From the human T2T-CHM13v2.0 reference genome, Homo sapiens: DNA of 64,000 nucleotides. Shown piece by piece: positions 16,877 through 35,341 of this stretch. The stretch is taken from assembly GCF_009914755.1 (NCBI RefSeq), contig NC_060934.1. One strand, 5' to 3'. The stretch's first letter is position 1, and each line of letters starts with the position of its first letter. The notes beneath the pieces are model-generated. The model made no database searches and was not told the DNA's origin. It worked only from the letters and a program-made list of their open reading frames with translations. The position numbers and the translations under genes were made by a program.

Positions 16877-17879
16877 GAAGAGCAATAAAAATAAGAATGA
16901 AGAGGGGGAGAAAGAGGAGGAGCAAGAGCAACTGTTGCTGCGAATCCAGTAACCATCCCATCAGTGTGGTCGCATGTGTCCTGCAAGGCCCTCATTCTGC
17001 AGGCACTGTGTTGGGTGCTCAAGGGATCCAAAGATGAGACTGGCCGTCAGTGGGTTTGCAGGCCAGGAGGGAGATGACACCTGTTTATCAATAACTGTAA
17101 CACATGGCAATGCACACTAAAAAGCAGTAGGTAAAGCGCTGTTGGGCGGCGGGGGGGGGGGGTCCCAGGTGGGAGGAGATTGCCTCAAGCCTGGGAGGGG
17201 TGAAGAAGAATGGGGAAGCCTGCAGGGACAGGCGGCTCTTGTGTTTAGCCTCCAGCATCCTTTCTGGCAGCCGGCTGGACTCTGACCAGCCCCTGGTTTC
17301 TGGACTCAGCATGTTGCTGTTTCTCATGACCAAGCTTCTTTAACCTTCACTGTCAATGGTGGGGCCCCAGCTCAGGCCTCGGGCCCAGGGCTCTCAGCTG
17401 ACTCCCAGGTCCTGAGAACCAGAGCATTGCCTCATGCCTCACACTTCCCAACACCAGAGCCCAGACCCAGGTCGCATGCCCTGACTGCTGAAACATCAGC
17501 AGGCACCCACCTCCAGAAAGGGCTGCCCATCTAGGAGGACTCGTGTTGGTGCCTGGGGACAGCTCCACCAGCCTGGCTTAAAACCCTGGCACCCTGAAGA
17601 CCCTGTGTGATCTCTATCTACAGGGCCTGCTGAGTCATAGGTGCCCCAGACAAGAGGAATGGATCATAGCAAGTCACGAATACCCTGGTGCTGGAAAGAT
17701 GAAAGCAAACTGGAGTGGAACCAGAGTAATCCAAAACCTCAACAGAAAGAGCAGTGCCTGAGAGTCAAACGGGGGCCTTGGTGGAAACGAAGTCAAGGGC
17801 TTGAACGTTTTTCTGTTTTCACTGTGATTAAATAGAAACTTTTATATGTTGCAGTATATACTTCCTTAATGTTACTTAG

Positions 17880-19246
<1,367 letters not shown>

Positions 19247-19451
19247 TCAGCATCGTTACAAATGAAAAAACTGCAAAATTAATAAATGGAAGGAATAATT
19301 CTCCAATTTCCAATTCATTAAAGCACTCAAGTTTTAAAAACACATAATTTTTTCATGGAAAACTGTTACATTAAATTAATTTTTAAAAGGAAATATCACT
19401 CTTACCCCTAAATATGTACAATTATGTGTCAGTTAAAAATAAATTCAATTA

Positions 19452-19782
<331 letters not shown>

Positions 19783-20170
19783 TTATACAAGTGCTTTAAA
19801 AGTTTAATCAACATAAAATGTTCAAAGACACACACCAAATCCTACAATCCAGAAATCGTAAGATTAATATTTTGCGAACATCATCCTGAATTTCTCTAAG
19901 GATACAGAGTGTGCAGAAATAATTTTATAATATTGTGGTTCTTGTTTTTATCTCTGCAGTTTCATAGTTCCCAGAACAGTATCTGGCACACAGGAGGCTC
20001 TACATATAACGTTAAATGATTAACAGACGAGTACCATATCATAATGCCATATTAGAATAAAAAGAATTTAAATTCTTTATAAAATTTAAATGAACTTAAA
20101 TTTTATGGAAGGTAAAAAAAGCTGAAGGGATTTCTGAACTTAAAATAAATTGTTATTTCCAAAACAAATA

Positions 20171-20788
<618 letters not shown>

Positions 20789-20992
20789 TTCGTACTTATA
20801 AATTCTCCCAAGGTTCAGAAAAATGATACTTAAAAATCATGAAGGCATTGGAGTCATGAGCTTTTTTTCAAATTTTTGTTTTAATTTTGATTTATTATTC
20901 TTTAAAAAAAGAAAGAGGAAATTTGCCATCATGTTCTCCCTTCTCCTTTTCCCCACTCCCTGGTTAAGTGTGTTGCATTTCTAAGTTCCTCA

Positions 20993-21301
20993 TTTTATTT
21001 ATTTATTTGTTTACCTTTTTTTTTTTTTTTTTTTAGGCAGAGTCTTGTTCTGTCACCCAGGCTGGAGTGCAGTGGCGCGATCTCTGCCTCCCGGGTTCAA
21101 GTGAGTCTCCTGCCTCAGCCTCCCAAGCAGCTGGGATTACAGGCATGTGCCACCATGCCCGGCTAATTTTTGTGTTTTTAGGAGAGACGGGGTTTCACTG
21201 TGTTGGCCAGGCTGGTCTCAAACTCCTGACCTCAAGTGATCCACCCACTTTGGCCTCCCAAAAGTGCGGGGATTACAGGCATGAGCCACCGCATCCACCC
21301 C
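20993..21301 (-). mobile_element. Alu (AluS) with internal deletion
   Basis: TSD aagttcctcatttta; gatctc|tgcctc junction lacks ~16 bp. Confidence 0.95.
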
Positions 21302-21319
21302 AAGTTCCTCATTTTAATC

Positions 21320-22450
<1,131 letters not shown>

Positions 22451-22464
22451 CATCTATCTACTCT

Positions 22465-22604
22465 GTTTGTTGTTGCTGTTGTTTTTAAGAGACAGGGTCT
22501 CCTTATGTTGCCCAGGCTGGTCTTGAACTCCTAGCCTCAAGCCATCCACCCACCTCAGCCTCCCAAGTAGTTAGGATTACAGGCATAAGCCACTACATCT
22601 AGCT
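22465..22604 (-). mobile_element. FLAM / free Alu monomer
   Basis: single arm gagacagggtctccttatgttgcccaggctggtcttgaactcc; degenerate TSD aca.ctat.ta.tctg. Confidence 0.85.
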
Positions 22605-23179
22605 CAACACCTATTTATTCTGAAATAGTGGGGGGATTTTCCTTGACACCCTTCTTACTTTATCTCGGGCTCAATGTCATCTGAGCTACAGTGTGGAGAT
22701 AGATTTTACTAACTCTCCACCCTTCTAAAGTCAGGGGACAAGGAAATGGGGAAGGGGCAGGTCAGGAGTAGGAGCTTGGCCAGTAGCCTTCTCTTGGAAG
22801 TTTGGGCTCTGCTCTCTCTCTCTCTTGGGATCCCACTAAATGTCAGAAACTAAGGTTCATTCCATCCAGCCATTGCTATATCACACTTCTGTGTGTTTTG
22901 GCTTCCTGAACAATGGCAAGCCTTGGCAACCCCTCCTTTCTCCACTAAGGTTTCCAGGTGACATTTAGGGCCTTCCAAACTCAAGGGATCTTTCCCCTGA
23001 ACTTTTCATGGAACTGCTTACTCTTGTCTTCTCTGCTAGAGGTCATGTTTTTCTCTAGACTGAAGAATATTAGTAAGAATCCTCCAAGTTTCATTAATTC
23101 CTTCTTTCATTGGAGAGAGCAGTTTGAATTCAGGAGCTGTACTACATCAGAATTTTCTGGTTCTTTCCAAGGTCATGAC

Positions 23180-23588
<409 letters not shown>

Positions 23589-24194
23589 TGATTTTATTTC
23601 TGTTTATTGACTACTTTATTTCATTAGGAATGGCTGAGGATATATATCCTTCTTCCTTCTGTAGCCAAAAACTCTTCCCTCTGTTCTTAAGCAGAACATA
23701 CTGAACATAACTTTTCTGATGACTCAGGGGCCTCCTTGAGATCATAGTCATTACTCCTTAGATAAAGCTGTAGCCCCAGGGCTTGAGGAGGCTGTAGTAG
23801 AAAGGAGGGTACCTGAGGCCTCATGACAGGACCCAATCTTTGATGCTGGTAGCTTCTTGTTTCCTTTCCTCTATTCCATAAGGGCAAGATTAGCCTGTAA
23901 AATTACAAGCTCCTCTGACCAGTGGGAAAAAATGTGCTTCCCATAAAACCAAATTCACTGGAAAAGTCAAGAGGAAGAAGCCTCATTCCAAGGGGTTCTC
24001 CTGTTGCAATTCATTATCTTTACTCCTGCTTTCAGGGTACTCTGACATGTGATCACTATTAAAGGGTGATTGGTGATGCTGGCATCACTAAGACAAATGC
24101 CTGAAGTGCTTCCTTGTCAACCTGCTCACTCTCCACTGTCACAGCAATAGCAGGTAAGTCACACCATTTTGAGGCTCTAGGATGGAGGCTCTAC

Positions 24195-24560
24195 CTAGGG
24201 TTTCTTGGTTGTGAGCAACAGAAAGCAACTCTGGATAACTTAAGCAGAAAAACATCTCATTTGGAACTTATGAGATACTTCACATATTTAAAAAGAGATT
24301 GAGAAGTCAGGGCTAGAAGACATGTGACTAGGGGAGCTCCCAGAACCTAAGAGGAAGGACATCGAAGACAATCTCTCCTCAGCACTCTTGTTGAAAGGAA
24401 TCAGCTCCAGCCATCTTCAGTCCTGACATTGCTCTACTCAAGATTTAAATTCATGGAGAGAGAAGGTCTGATCGGCCCATGCTTTGATGAAGAGAGAGCA
24501 AAAGACCTTGGAAAGATAGTCCTCCAAAGCAATGCCAAGTTTCTGCCAACGAAAGAAAAA
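24195..24560 (-). mobile_element. old MLT1-type LTR fragment
   Basis: ggtttcttggttgtgagcaacagaaagcaactctggataacttaagcagaaaa. Confidence 0.5.
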
Positions 24561-24964
24561 GGCCTTGCAGGGCAGGCAGAACCACAGCTGTCTATAAACT
24601 TGGCACCAGAAGATGCTAAGTGGTGGTTGGCACGTCACCAGGCCTTCCCTTAGAAAAGCATTTCACTTTTGACAAAATGTGAGACACAAGACAAGAATAA
24701 AAATTGTACCTTCAATGTTATATTATGTGATGTGTCAAATTTTCTCAAAACATTCTAAGCTACAGTAACATTTTGTAGTCTGAATAATACACCCTGATGC
24801 TTAGGTTTAAACCACTAACCTTGCCTTTATGAGGGAAAATGTCAAACTACTGGTTAGCATTAGAATAGCTGCCCATTCAGAGATAGCTGGCCATTCATAA
24901 AGAATGCTGTAGAGGAGAGCATCAGTCTGAACAGTTTAACTGGCAAAACAGGTGATCCGGGCTC

Positions 24965-25115
24965 CTTTCAGAGGGTGGTCTGCAGAGCAGCAGCATCTGT
25001 AGCACCTGGGAGCTTATCGATAATGCAGTCTCTCAGCTCCTACCCCAGACCTACTGAGTCAGAATCTGCATTTTGACGAGTGTGATTTGTGCCCACATGA
25101 AAATATGAGAAGCAT
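24965..25115. mobile_element. MER5A-like element
   Basis: gcagcagcatc...cacctgggagctt...ccccagacctactgagtcagaatctgcatttt. Confidence 0.75.
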
Positions 25116-25164
25116 AGATTCTGAGAGCAAAGTCTAGAACCAGACTGCCTGGGTTAACAAGTCA

Positions 25165-26040
25165 CTGATGTAGGAAACTCTTGAGAGAAGAATGTCAGCT
25201 AATGAATACAGACCAGAAGGATGGGATGAGACGCCCACCATTTTGCTGTCTGTAATGTTATAATGCACCTTGATCACACATACTGATGGCTGCTAAGACA
25301 AGTGGAAGACTCCAGCAGAGTTGTGTGATGCATTGATCAGGATGACATCACCTGGCCCACTGGACAATCTTCACATCATCAAAAACAGAGTCACCAGAGA
25401 ATCTGTGCAATAGGCAGGAATAGTATCGCCCAGAAAACATTATTTCCAGAAAATTCAACCTCAATCAAATCCACTTCTGGCTCTAACACACAGTTTAAAG
25501 GAAGTATAGGGGACAGAGGAACATGTTAAATGACACCACAGAGATATAAATAGCAAAATCCAGAATATGGAACTTTTTACAAATAAATGGCAAAGGGAAA
25601 GAAGTGGGAAACTTACAGATTTGAAGAAACGAAACACAACAACCAAATACACCATTGGGTGGTTGTGCCCTGATTCAGACATTACAACTGCAAAAGAACA
25701 GGTTTGAGGCAGTTAGGGGAACTGGACATGGACCAAGTATTAGAGGATATAAAGGAATAATTTTGGGGGTGTGATAATCTTATTATAGTAATATTAAAAA
25801 AAGAAAAGTCCTTATCTGTTACAAAGGCTTATGAAAGTAGTTACAGGTGAAATGATGTGGTATCCAGGATTCAAATACTCCAGAAAACAACAAATGTGAG
25901 GAAGAAAAATAAAACAAGAATGGCAGAATGCTGATCCTTGTTCAAAGTGGGTGATGGATGCATGGGGGTTTATTATACAACTTTTTTCTACTTTTATATA
26001 TGTTTAAATTTTTCTATAATAAAAGTTTTTTTTTAAAAAA
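25165..26040 (+). mobile_element. L1MC/L1ME-type 3' UTR fragment
   Basis: gtccttatctgttac, ggtgatggatgcatgggggtttattatac, tataataaaagtt tail. Confidence 0.7.
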
Positions 26041-26103
26041 CAACCTGGGCTCATTTCCTGGCTCCAACCCTCCCCTGCTCTGTGACAAAGAGAAAGTTAC
26101 TGT

Positions 26104-26431
<328 letters not shown>

Positions 26432-27160
26432 TCAATGTCCCCATCTATAAAATAAGAATAACAATAATACCTGCCTCATTGGCATGTTGTGAGGATCACA
26501 TGAGGCAATACGTGTAATGCACATTCAATATCCAGCACATAGTAAATACTCAATAAACACTACCCATATTTATATACTAGCTCAGCTTCTGCACAGCAAC
26601 AGATCAAAACAAGGCATTTCTGAAGGCCCTGAATCAATAAAATCCTTAAAGGTGAAGAGCTTACCTTATGAGAACATTATCAAATACAAAAGCTGTTCCC
26701 TCTCAATAAAAGCTGATGTACACTGTCTAAACATGCAGATTCCATGGAGTTATAAAGCCCTTCTGGCCTTAGTCCATGCTCGGAAATCAGTTGCCTGAAG
26801 AGTCCACGGGGTGCTCCTAGAAGGCCATCAGTTGCTATTTTTCTCTATCAAGCTTTCACAATGGTATGTCTCAGTTTTTAACAGCAGTTTTTCCTTTTTG
26901 AAAAATGGCTACCACTGCACAACCCCAGCCATGAGGTCATCACTCCAGTGCTTCGCAGTCACCTGGAGGGCTTGGCGAAACAGATTGCCAAAGATGCATT
27001 CTATCATTGGGTGGCTGCACCATGGCTTTAAACGACTGCAGCTGTCAAGGAGCCTCCGTTTTTGCATCTGTAAAATGGGCATAATGACATCTCCTGTGTG
27101 TGATCTTTGTGAAGACTGAGTAACACACATACACGTAAAGCACTCGTTTCAAGAAAGATT

Positions 27161-27470
27161 CTTTTCTTTTTTTTTTTTTTTTGAAACAGGGTCTCACTTT
27201 GTCACCCAGACTGGAGTGCAGTGGAATAGCGCAATCATAGGTCACTGCCGCCTTGAACTCCTGGGCTCAAACCTTCCTCCCACCTCAGCCTCCTGAGTAG
27301 CTGGAACTATAGGCATGTGCCACCATGTCCATTTAATTTTTGTAACTTTAGTAGAGACGAGGGTTTCTCTGTGTTGACCAGGCTGGTCTCTAACTCCTGG
27401 CTTCAACCAATCTTCGCTCCTCAGCCTCCCCAAACACTGGGATTACAGGCATGAGCCACCACACCTGGCT
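27161..27470 (-). mobile_element. Alu (AluJ)
   Basis: antisense dimer, ttgaactcctgggctcaa; TSD agattctt. Confidence 0.93.
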
Positions 27471-27496
27471 CAGGGGAGATTCTTGGTGTTAGCTAG

Positions 27497-28048
<552 letters not shown>

Positions 28049-29094
28049 TAGCAGCTTTTATAGATGCTGCAAACTGATTCTTTCAACTGCTCACCACTTA
28101 ACCCCCACTCATGATTTAAAAATTCCAGTGGAGGCTTCATCACATCTCAATCCTGGAAAGGTGTCTTTGAAACTCATGCAATCCAAACAGGGACATAGGT
28201 TTCATTCCTTGATTATGGAACGGAGGGAATGCTCTGTTACCCTTGAAAGAAGGGGAAGGGACAAAACATATGATTCCTGGCTCTCCACCCCATATCCTAC
28301 AGGAAATGCTAGCGTCATAAATTACAAGGCCCCGTGGCTGCGGATGGTACCGAGTGTGGGGTGGCAGGGAGTGGACCTCAGGCAATGCATGGCCAATGGG
28401 AAGAAGATCGTTCATTCCCACAGTCTCTCAGGATTCGGGTATTCATGCTCTTCTGCTTTTAGAATATTCCAGAAGCCTTCGTGCCCTCCGTAATCTCTAC
28501 AATGTGACTACCCTTCAGTAGACACTGCGGCACTGGCTGGGGGGAAAGATGATTCAGGATCTGGGCCAGGTGACCCGGGGATGGGAATTAGTCCCCTTCC
28601 CTGTTCCCTGCAGCATGGTGAAGTCTATGTGGCAGTAACATGACACCCCAAGTCACACTAACTGGTTACATATGACTGAGAGCAGGGACTAAAGCAGAGT
28701 AAAGGGGGTCCAAACCCCCCACTCTCCTAGTGAACCCCCAGGAGCTCCTCAGTCCTGAGCCCCACGCAGATGGGCTGAGTCCCCCAGCAGCCTGGGCTAT
28801 GCCCACAGGGCAGGAGTGGCTGCCACAGCTCAGACTGCTATGCTTGATAGACTGCAGAGCCAGCTTTTGTCCCAGGTCACCCACCATTAGCACAGCAAGG
28901 CCATGGCCCCTCCTCCTGTTGGATGGCTGGTCACAGCTGCTGGGAGGCCCTCTCCTAATGTCATCAGGGAATGGTTTTTATACCACAGGGCAGTAAAGAA
29001 GCCCTGCTAGGGGTTTTCTAGAAGCTCCCCATGAAGGCCGAGCTGGCCGACACACAGCCCAGGCAGGGAGATAACGTGTGTAGGGCCCTGCAAC

Positions 29095-29250
29095 TGCCAG
29101 GGTGATCTGAGGACCAGCAGCCTTGACCTCCCCGGGGAGCTTGTTAGAATCACAGAATCTCAGACGTCACTCCGGACCTGCCAAATCTGCCTCTACCTTG
29201 TGACAAGATCGGCAGGTGATCTGTAAGCACATTCAAGTTTAAGAAACACT
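29095..29250. mobile_element. MER5A-like element
   Basis: ggaccagcagc...gagcttgttagaatcacagaatctcag...aggtgatctgtaagcacattcaagtttaagaaacact. Confidence 0.7.
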
Positions 29251-30265
29251 CATTTATGAAGCTTGTTGCAGCCAAATCACTCAAGGTAGCAATCAACTCC
29301 CGCTGTGATATCATTAAGGAGAACTTGGCTTCATCCTCAAAGCCACTTGGGAACAGGATGTGGGAAGGGGAGCCCTGAGAAAGGGCTGTGTCTGGTTTAA
29401 ATCAAATCAAATATGGGCTACGACCTGGTGTGCAGAACCCCAGCTCCTCTTTGCGTCTGTGGCTGATGTGGAGGTGGGAACGCTGTGGTCCATGGCCAGG
29501 TAGCCACAGGTGGCCAGCTGCATGGTGCCGCTTCAGTCCAAGCAAGACAGGTCCATAGTTCCCATCTCAACCCCACCCAGGGAAGCTGGAAATTCACCTG
29601 GCAAACAAGAACAAACCAGTCACATTTTTGTACTGCTTTTTCCAATGGCCTAATTTATAACATTAATAATTATTGTTATTAGTATCATAGTAGTAACAGC
29701 TACAGTTACCAAAAACTTACCATGAGCCAGGAACCTGATGCAATTAACTCCTGTCATTGCCCCAGGAGTCCCTGTTCACTAACCCACTGTCTCAAAGGCG
29801 GCTTCTGCGGGAGTCCAGTGATCTCTCCCCTAAGGAAGGTTCTATTGGGCGCTAAAAAGTTCCACACAGCAGGTGGAGGGGAAAACAACATGGAAAACCC
29901 AAACCTGGATACTAACCATGGAGGAACCAGTGCTGTGGAAAGAACAGGGTGGAACCTCGGGGTTTGAAAAGCAGAGAGGAGCCACAGCCTAACTTCCTCT
30001 CTCCAGAGAAGGGAGCAAAGCCCCGCAAGGCTCGTTCTCAGCCAGGCTACCAGTGACCTTGGGGCAGGGCTGGGCAGACAGCTGTCTCCCATCTCCCATT
30101 CTGACTGCTGTCCCCCATAACCTCGTAGATCAGATCTTGTTTGGGTTCACTGGACTTGCTGGTCTTCACCCATTTCTGACCTTCAGTTTGCCTCCTCAGA
30201 GACATCTCGGTGTCATCAAAGGATGTGATATGAAACGGGCTTCCTTAGGGAAGTGGGATTCCTTA

Positions 30266-30875
<610 letters not shown>

Positions 30876-31219
30876 TCACAGGTTGTCTGACCCCATTGAT
30901 GTGAAATGCCCAGAATAGGCAAATCCATGGCGATTGAAAGGAGATGAGTGGTTGCCAAGCCTGGGGGCGACGGGAGGAGGGAGGACTGACTACCTCTGGG
31001 TAAGGGGTTTTCTCTGGGGATGAGGAAAATGTTTTGAAATTTCATGTGAGTGTGATATAGCACAACATAGTAGTGCATGCACCAGATGTCACTGAAATGT
31101 GCATTTTTAGGGGTTAATTTTATGTTATGTGAATTTTACCTAATTTTTTTTAAAAGCAAGGGGGGGAAAGGCCCCAAGAGCCACACATTTAAATAGAAGA
31201 GGATGTTTGTCTCTTTGGA

Positions 31220-32037
31220 TAGAAAGATCTTCCTTGTTTTGATTTGTAAGATTCTCAAGGATCTCTCTGGTAAATCAAGATCACCATGCACAGATGCCCC
31301 CACCAGGCAGGGATGGGGGCAGAAAGAGCATTGGCTTGGCCTCTGGGCTCACTCACTGTGTGACCTTGGGCAAGACAGTTAGCGTCCCCAAGCCTGAGCT
31401 TCCCCGTGATAGGATGGGGGCAATGGGGTTAGTCCTGTCTCCATCACAGGTAATTGTGAGGAACAAATGGAGCAGGGCCTATGACAGCCATCCAAATACT
31501 ACTTGGAATTATGAAAGTGGATTTGCCATAAGGCAAGAGCTGGAAGCAATTATCTCAATGATTGTAGAAGAAACCTACACGAGGTGGATCCCAGGCACTG
31601 TGGTGGATCCCCAGAAGCCACTCAGTCCAGCTTCCATCCTTCCATCCTCCTGGGAGGAGCAGCCAGGCTATGTCTGGCCGACACAGTCACTCATTCAAAA
31701 AGGAATTCATGGTGCCAATTCTGTGACAAGCTCTATAGCAGGTGCTGCGGAAACAGAACAAAATGGACAAAAATCCCTGCCCTCATGATCCCAGGGACAA
31801 GCAGTTGATGTGCAGGTGTAAACATGTGACCTTGGCATTTATTTTATTCTTTTGCTCATGGGTTCATTGGTAAACATTCAGGAGTAGCCACTCTGCTGGT
31901 GAAATAAGCCAGGGTCCGCTGTGGGCAGCACAGAGGATTTAGGATGTGGAGGGACATGGAGGCTCATCTGAGCAAGAGGGATACAAATGCCCCCTTTGCA
32001 GAAATGTCACTCTTTTGTGACCAGCATTGTCCCCTCA
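31220..32037 (+). repeat. arm A (source) of local inverted duplication; contains MIR (~31340-31490) and an L2 piece (~31685-31790)
   Basis: reverse complement aligns with 33083-33786. Confidence 0.92.
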
Positions 32038-32964
32038 GACTGTCACGTAAAATGCTAGATGCTTTAGCCTTGGTGTGAACCAGGTCATCAGAGCCCTGGT
32101 CTCCCCCAGAAAGAGGAGTAAGGTGGTTTGGTAGGTAAGGAGCAGATGCACCCCAGGTGGCCAGAAGACAGAAGCACAGAATGGGAGGTCTAGAAACAGA
32201 ATATAATGTCCCCCCGAGGGCCCCTGGGCTCAAGGAAGCAGAACACGTGCTTCTGAAGTGCAGAGAAGCAGCTGTGCTGCTCACAGCCCAGGAGCAGCCT
32301 GTGCCAGCCCAGGGCTGCCAGGCTGCGTCCTCGCCTCCCAGCCTGCCCCACAGCCCTTCAATCCCTCTTTTGTGATTGAGGTGCAAGTACCCATCCCTCC
32401 TCTGCAGTCACTGGTGCCCTGAGAGGCCTCACATCATCTGGTGCCCCATGCATGGGGGGTGAGGCAAGGAGGCAGTCTCTCCTGCTGACACCAGAAGCGG
32501 CAAACAACCAACTTATCACTGCCCCTTTGTGTGGGAACAATGGAGCCCAGAGAGTCCGACCTCCAGAGAGAGGAAGTCTCAGGACAACGACCTTCCTGCC
32601 TCCTACTACCTAGTCTGCATGGAAATGGGAGAAGGGATAAATCTTAGCGCTTTGAAGACTTAGTGGCTCTGGTGACTCCAGCAAGCCCAAGTTTCTACCT
32701 GCATGTTGGTCGCCTCTTGATCCACACCTGCCAGGTGCTCATCTTCCCTCCCATCTACCCAGCATCCCAGGCCCACCACACAAGCCTCTGCGGCAGGTCT
32801 CTGGTCCCCACGCCCTCCACAGGAGCCCAGCTGGCCTGGGCATGGCCTCACATCTGGACTCTTGCCACCTCCTCCCACTGCACGCCGTGCTCCCTCACGC
32901 GCTCTCTCTCCCATCTTTCTCTGCCTCTGTCCAACTGGGGCTTTCTGACAATGCAACCCTGCGT

Positions 32965-34041
32965 GAGTCTGCTGGGGCTACCAATCAGGGCACCTCACAA
33001 CAGACCTTTACCTTCTCATTGTTCTGAAGGCTGGAAGTCCAAGATCAAGGTGTCAGCAAGGTTGATCTCTCCTGATGTAGCTTGAGGGGACAATGCTGGT
33101 CGCAAAAGAATGGCATTTTAACAAAGAAGGCAGGTGGATTTGTAGCCCTCTTGCTCAGATGAGTCTCCCCGTCCCTCCACATCAGAAATCCCCTGTGCTG
33201 CCCACAGCGGGCCCTGGCTTATTTCACCAGCAGAGTGGCTACTCCTGAATGTTTGCCAATGAAGGCGTGAGCGAGAGAATGAAATGAATGCCAAGGTCAT
33301 GTGTGTGCCTGCACATCAACTGCTTGTCCCTGGGATCATTAAGGCAGAAGAGATTTCTGTCCATTTTGTTCTGTTTCTGCAGCACCTACTACAGAGCTTG
33401 TCACAGAACTGGCACCATGAATTCCTTTTCAAATGAGTGAATGTGTCAGAGTCCCATAGGCTGGCATAGCCTGTCTGCTTCTCCCGGGAGGATGGAAGCA
33501 GGATGGAAGGATGGAAGCTGGACTGAACAGCTTCTGGGGTTCCCCTACAGTGCCGGGGATCCACAGTGATTGTTTCTTCTACAATCACTGAGAGAATCAC
33601 TCCCAGGACCTTGCCTTACAGCAAATCCACTTTCATAATTCCAAGTCACACAGTGAGTAAGCCCAGAGGCCAAGCCCATGGTCTTTCCACCCCCATCCCT
33701 GCCTGGTGGCATCTGTGCACTGTGATCTTGACTTACCAGGGACAGTCTTGAGAATCTTACAAGTCAAAGTAAGGAAAATCTTCCTACGACCTCTCTGCTT
33801 GGTTTGCAAACAGCTCTCTCATCTCTGTGTCCACACACGGCATTTTCTGTGTGTGCAAGCGTGCCCCTGGTGTCTCTTCCTCTTCCTTAGGGACACCAGC
33901 CCTGTTGGGTTAGGCTCCCATCCTTATGAGTTCATTTCATCTCAATTACCTCTTTAAAGGCTCTGTCTCCAAATACAGTCACTTTGGGGGGTTTATGGCT
34001 TCAACTTATAAATTTAGGGGGACACAGTTCAATTCATAACA
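32965..34041 (-). mobile_element. MLT1A-like solo LTR interrupted by the inverted duplicate
   Basis: ggctggaagtccaagatcaaggtgtcagca...tctcctga | gacctctctgcttgg...gacacagttcaattcataaca. Confidence 0.85.
33083..33786 (-). repeat. arm B (derived inverted copy of 31220-32037)
   Basis: e.g. tgaggggacaatgctggtc is the reverse complement of gaccagcattgtcccctca; collinear throughout except a 138-bp gap and small indels. Confidence 0.92.
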
Positions 34042-34090
34042 ACATCTCTGCATCACCAGCAGCTTACATCAACCCCCATACCCTTAAAGC

Positions 34091-34382
34091 TTTTTTTTTG
34101 AGACAGAGTCTGGCTCTATTGCCCAGGCTGGAGTGCAGTGACATGATCTCCGCTCACTGCAACCTCCGCCTCCCAGGTCCAAGTAATTCTCCCTGCCTCA
34201 GCCTCCCGAGTAGCTGGGATCACAGGCACACGCCACCACGCCCAGCTAATTTTTTATTTTTTAGTAGAGATGGGGTTTCACCATGTTGGCCAGGCTGATC
34301 CCAAACTCCTGACCTCAGGTAATCTGTCCACCTTGGCCTTCCAAGGTGCTGGGATTACAGGTGTGAGCCACTGCGCCCGGCC
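34091..34382 (-). mobile_element. Alu (AluS)
   Basis: antisense dimer; TSD taaagc. Confidence 0.96.
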
Positions 34383-34550
34383 CTAAAGCCTCTTAGCATG
34401 CATGGGCTACAGCGTTCCTCACACCACAGTCCTCATAAGACACCTCAGCCTTGTCTACTATTTTATTTTTCTCAGAACTTGTCACTGTTGGACACTATGG
34501 CATATACTTACTTATTTGCTGTCTGACTCCCTTTACTAAAATGCAAGCTC

Positions 34551-35175
<625 letters not shown>

Positions 35176-35208
35176 AATGCAAGCTCAGTGGAAGCAGAGA
35201 GCTTGCTT

Positions 35209-35341
35209 CATTTCATTTCATTCTCTCAATCATGCCTTCATTGACAAACACTCAGGAGCAGCCACTCTGCTGGTGAAATAAGCCAGGGCCCGCTGTGGGC
35301 AGCACAGGAGATTTCTGATGTGGAGGGACATGGAGGCTCAT
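35209..35341 (+). repeat. third copy of ~130-bp module (cf. 31836-31967 and 33159-33290)
   Basis: shares agccactctgctggtgaaataagccaggg and ccgctgtgggcagcacag with both other copies. Confidence 0.92.

Noticed and set aside
32444-32457. 14-bp palindrome ccccatgcatgggg in the spacer of the inverted duplication
   Set aside because: 7-bp arms are expected by chance in 64 kb and it is not at the symmetry centre
33224-33240. CTCF-like ccagcagagtggc in the triplicated core
   Set aside because: Spacing departs from the CCASYAGRKGGC consensus; cannot be called without a PWM scan or ChIP data
31584-33600. Paralogous Cys-rich ORFs (WCQFCDKL..RCC) at 31584-31808 (+) and 33316-33600 (-)
   Set aside because: Similarity follows from the DNA duplication; the Cys-rich part lies in L2-derived sequence, the starts are not ATG and the middle segments are in different frames
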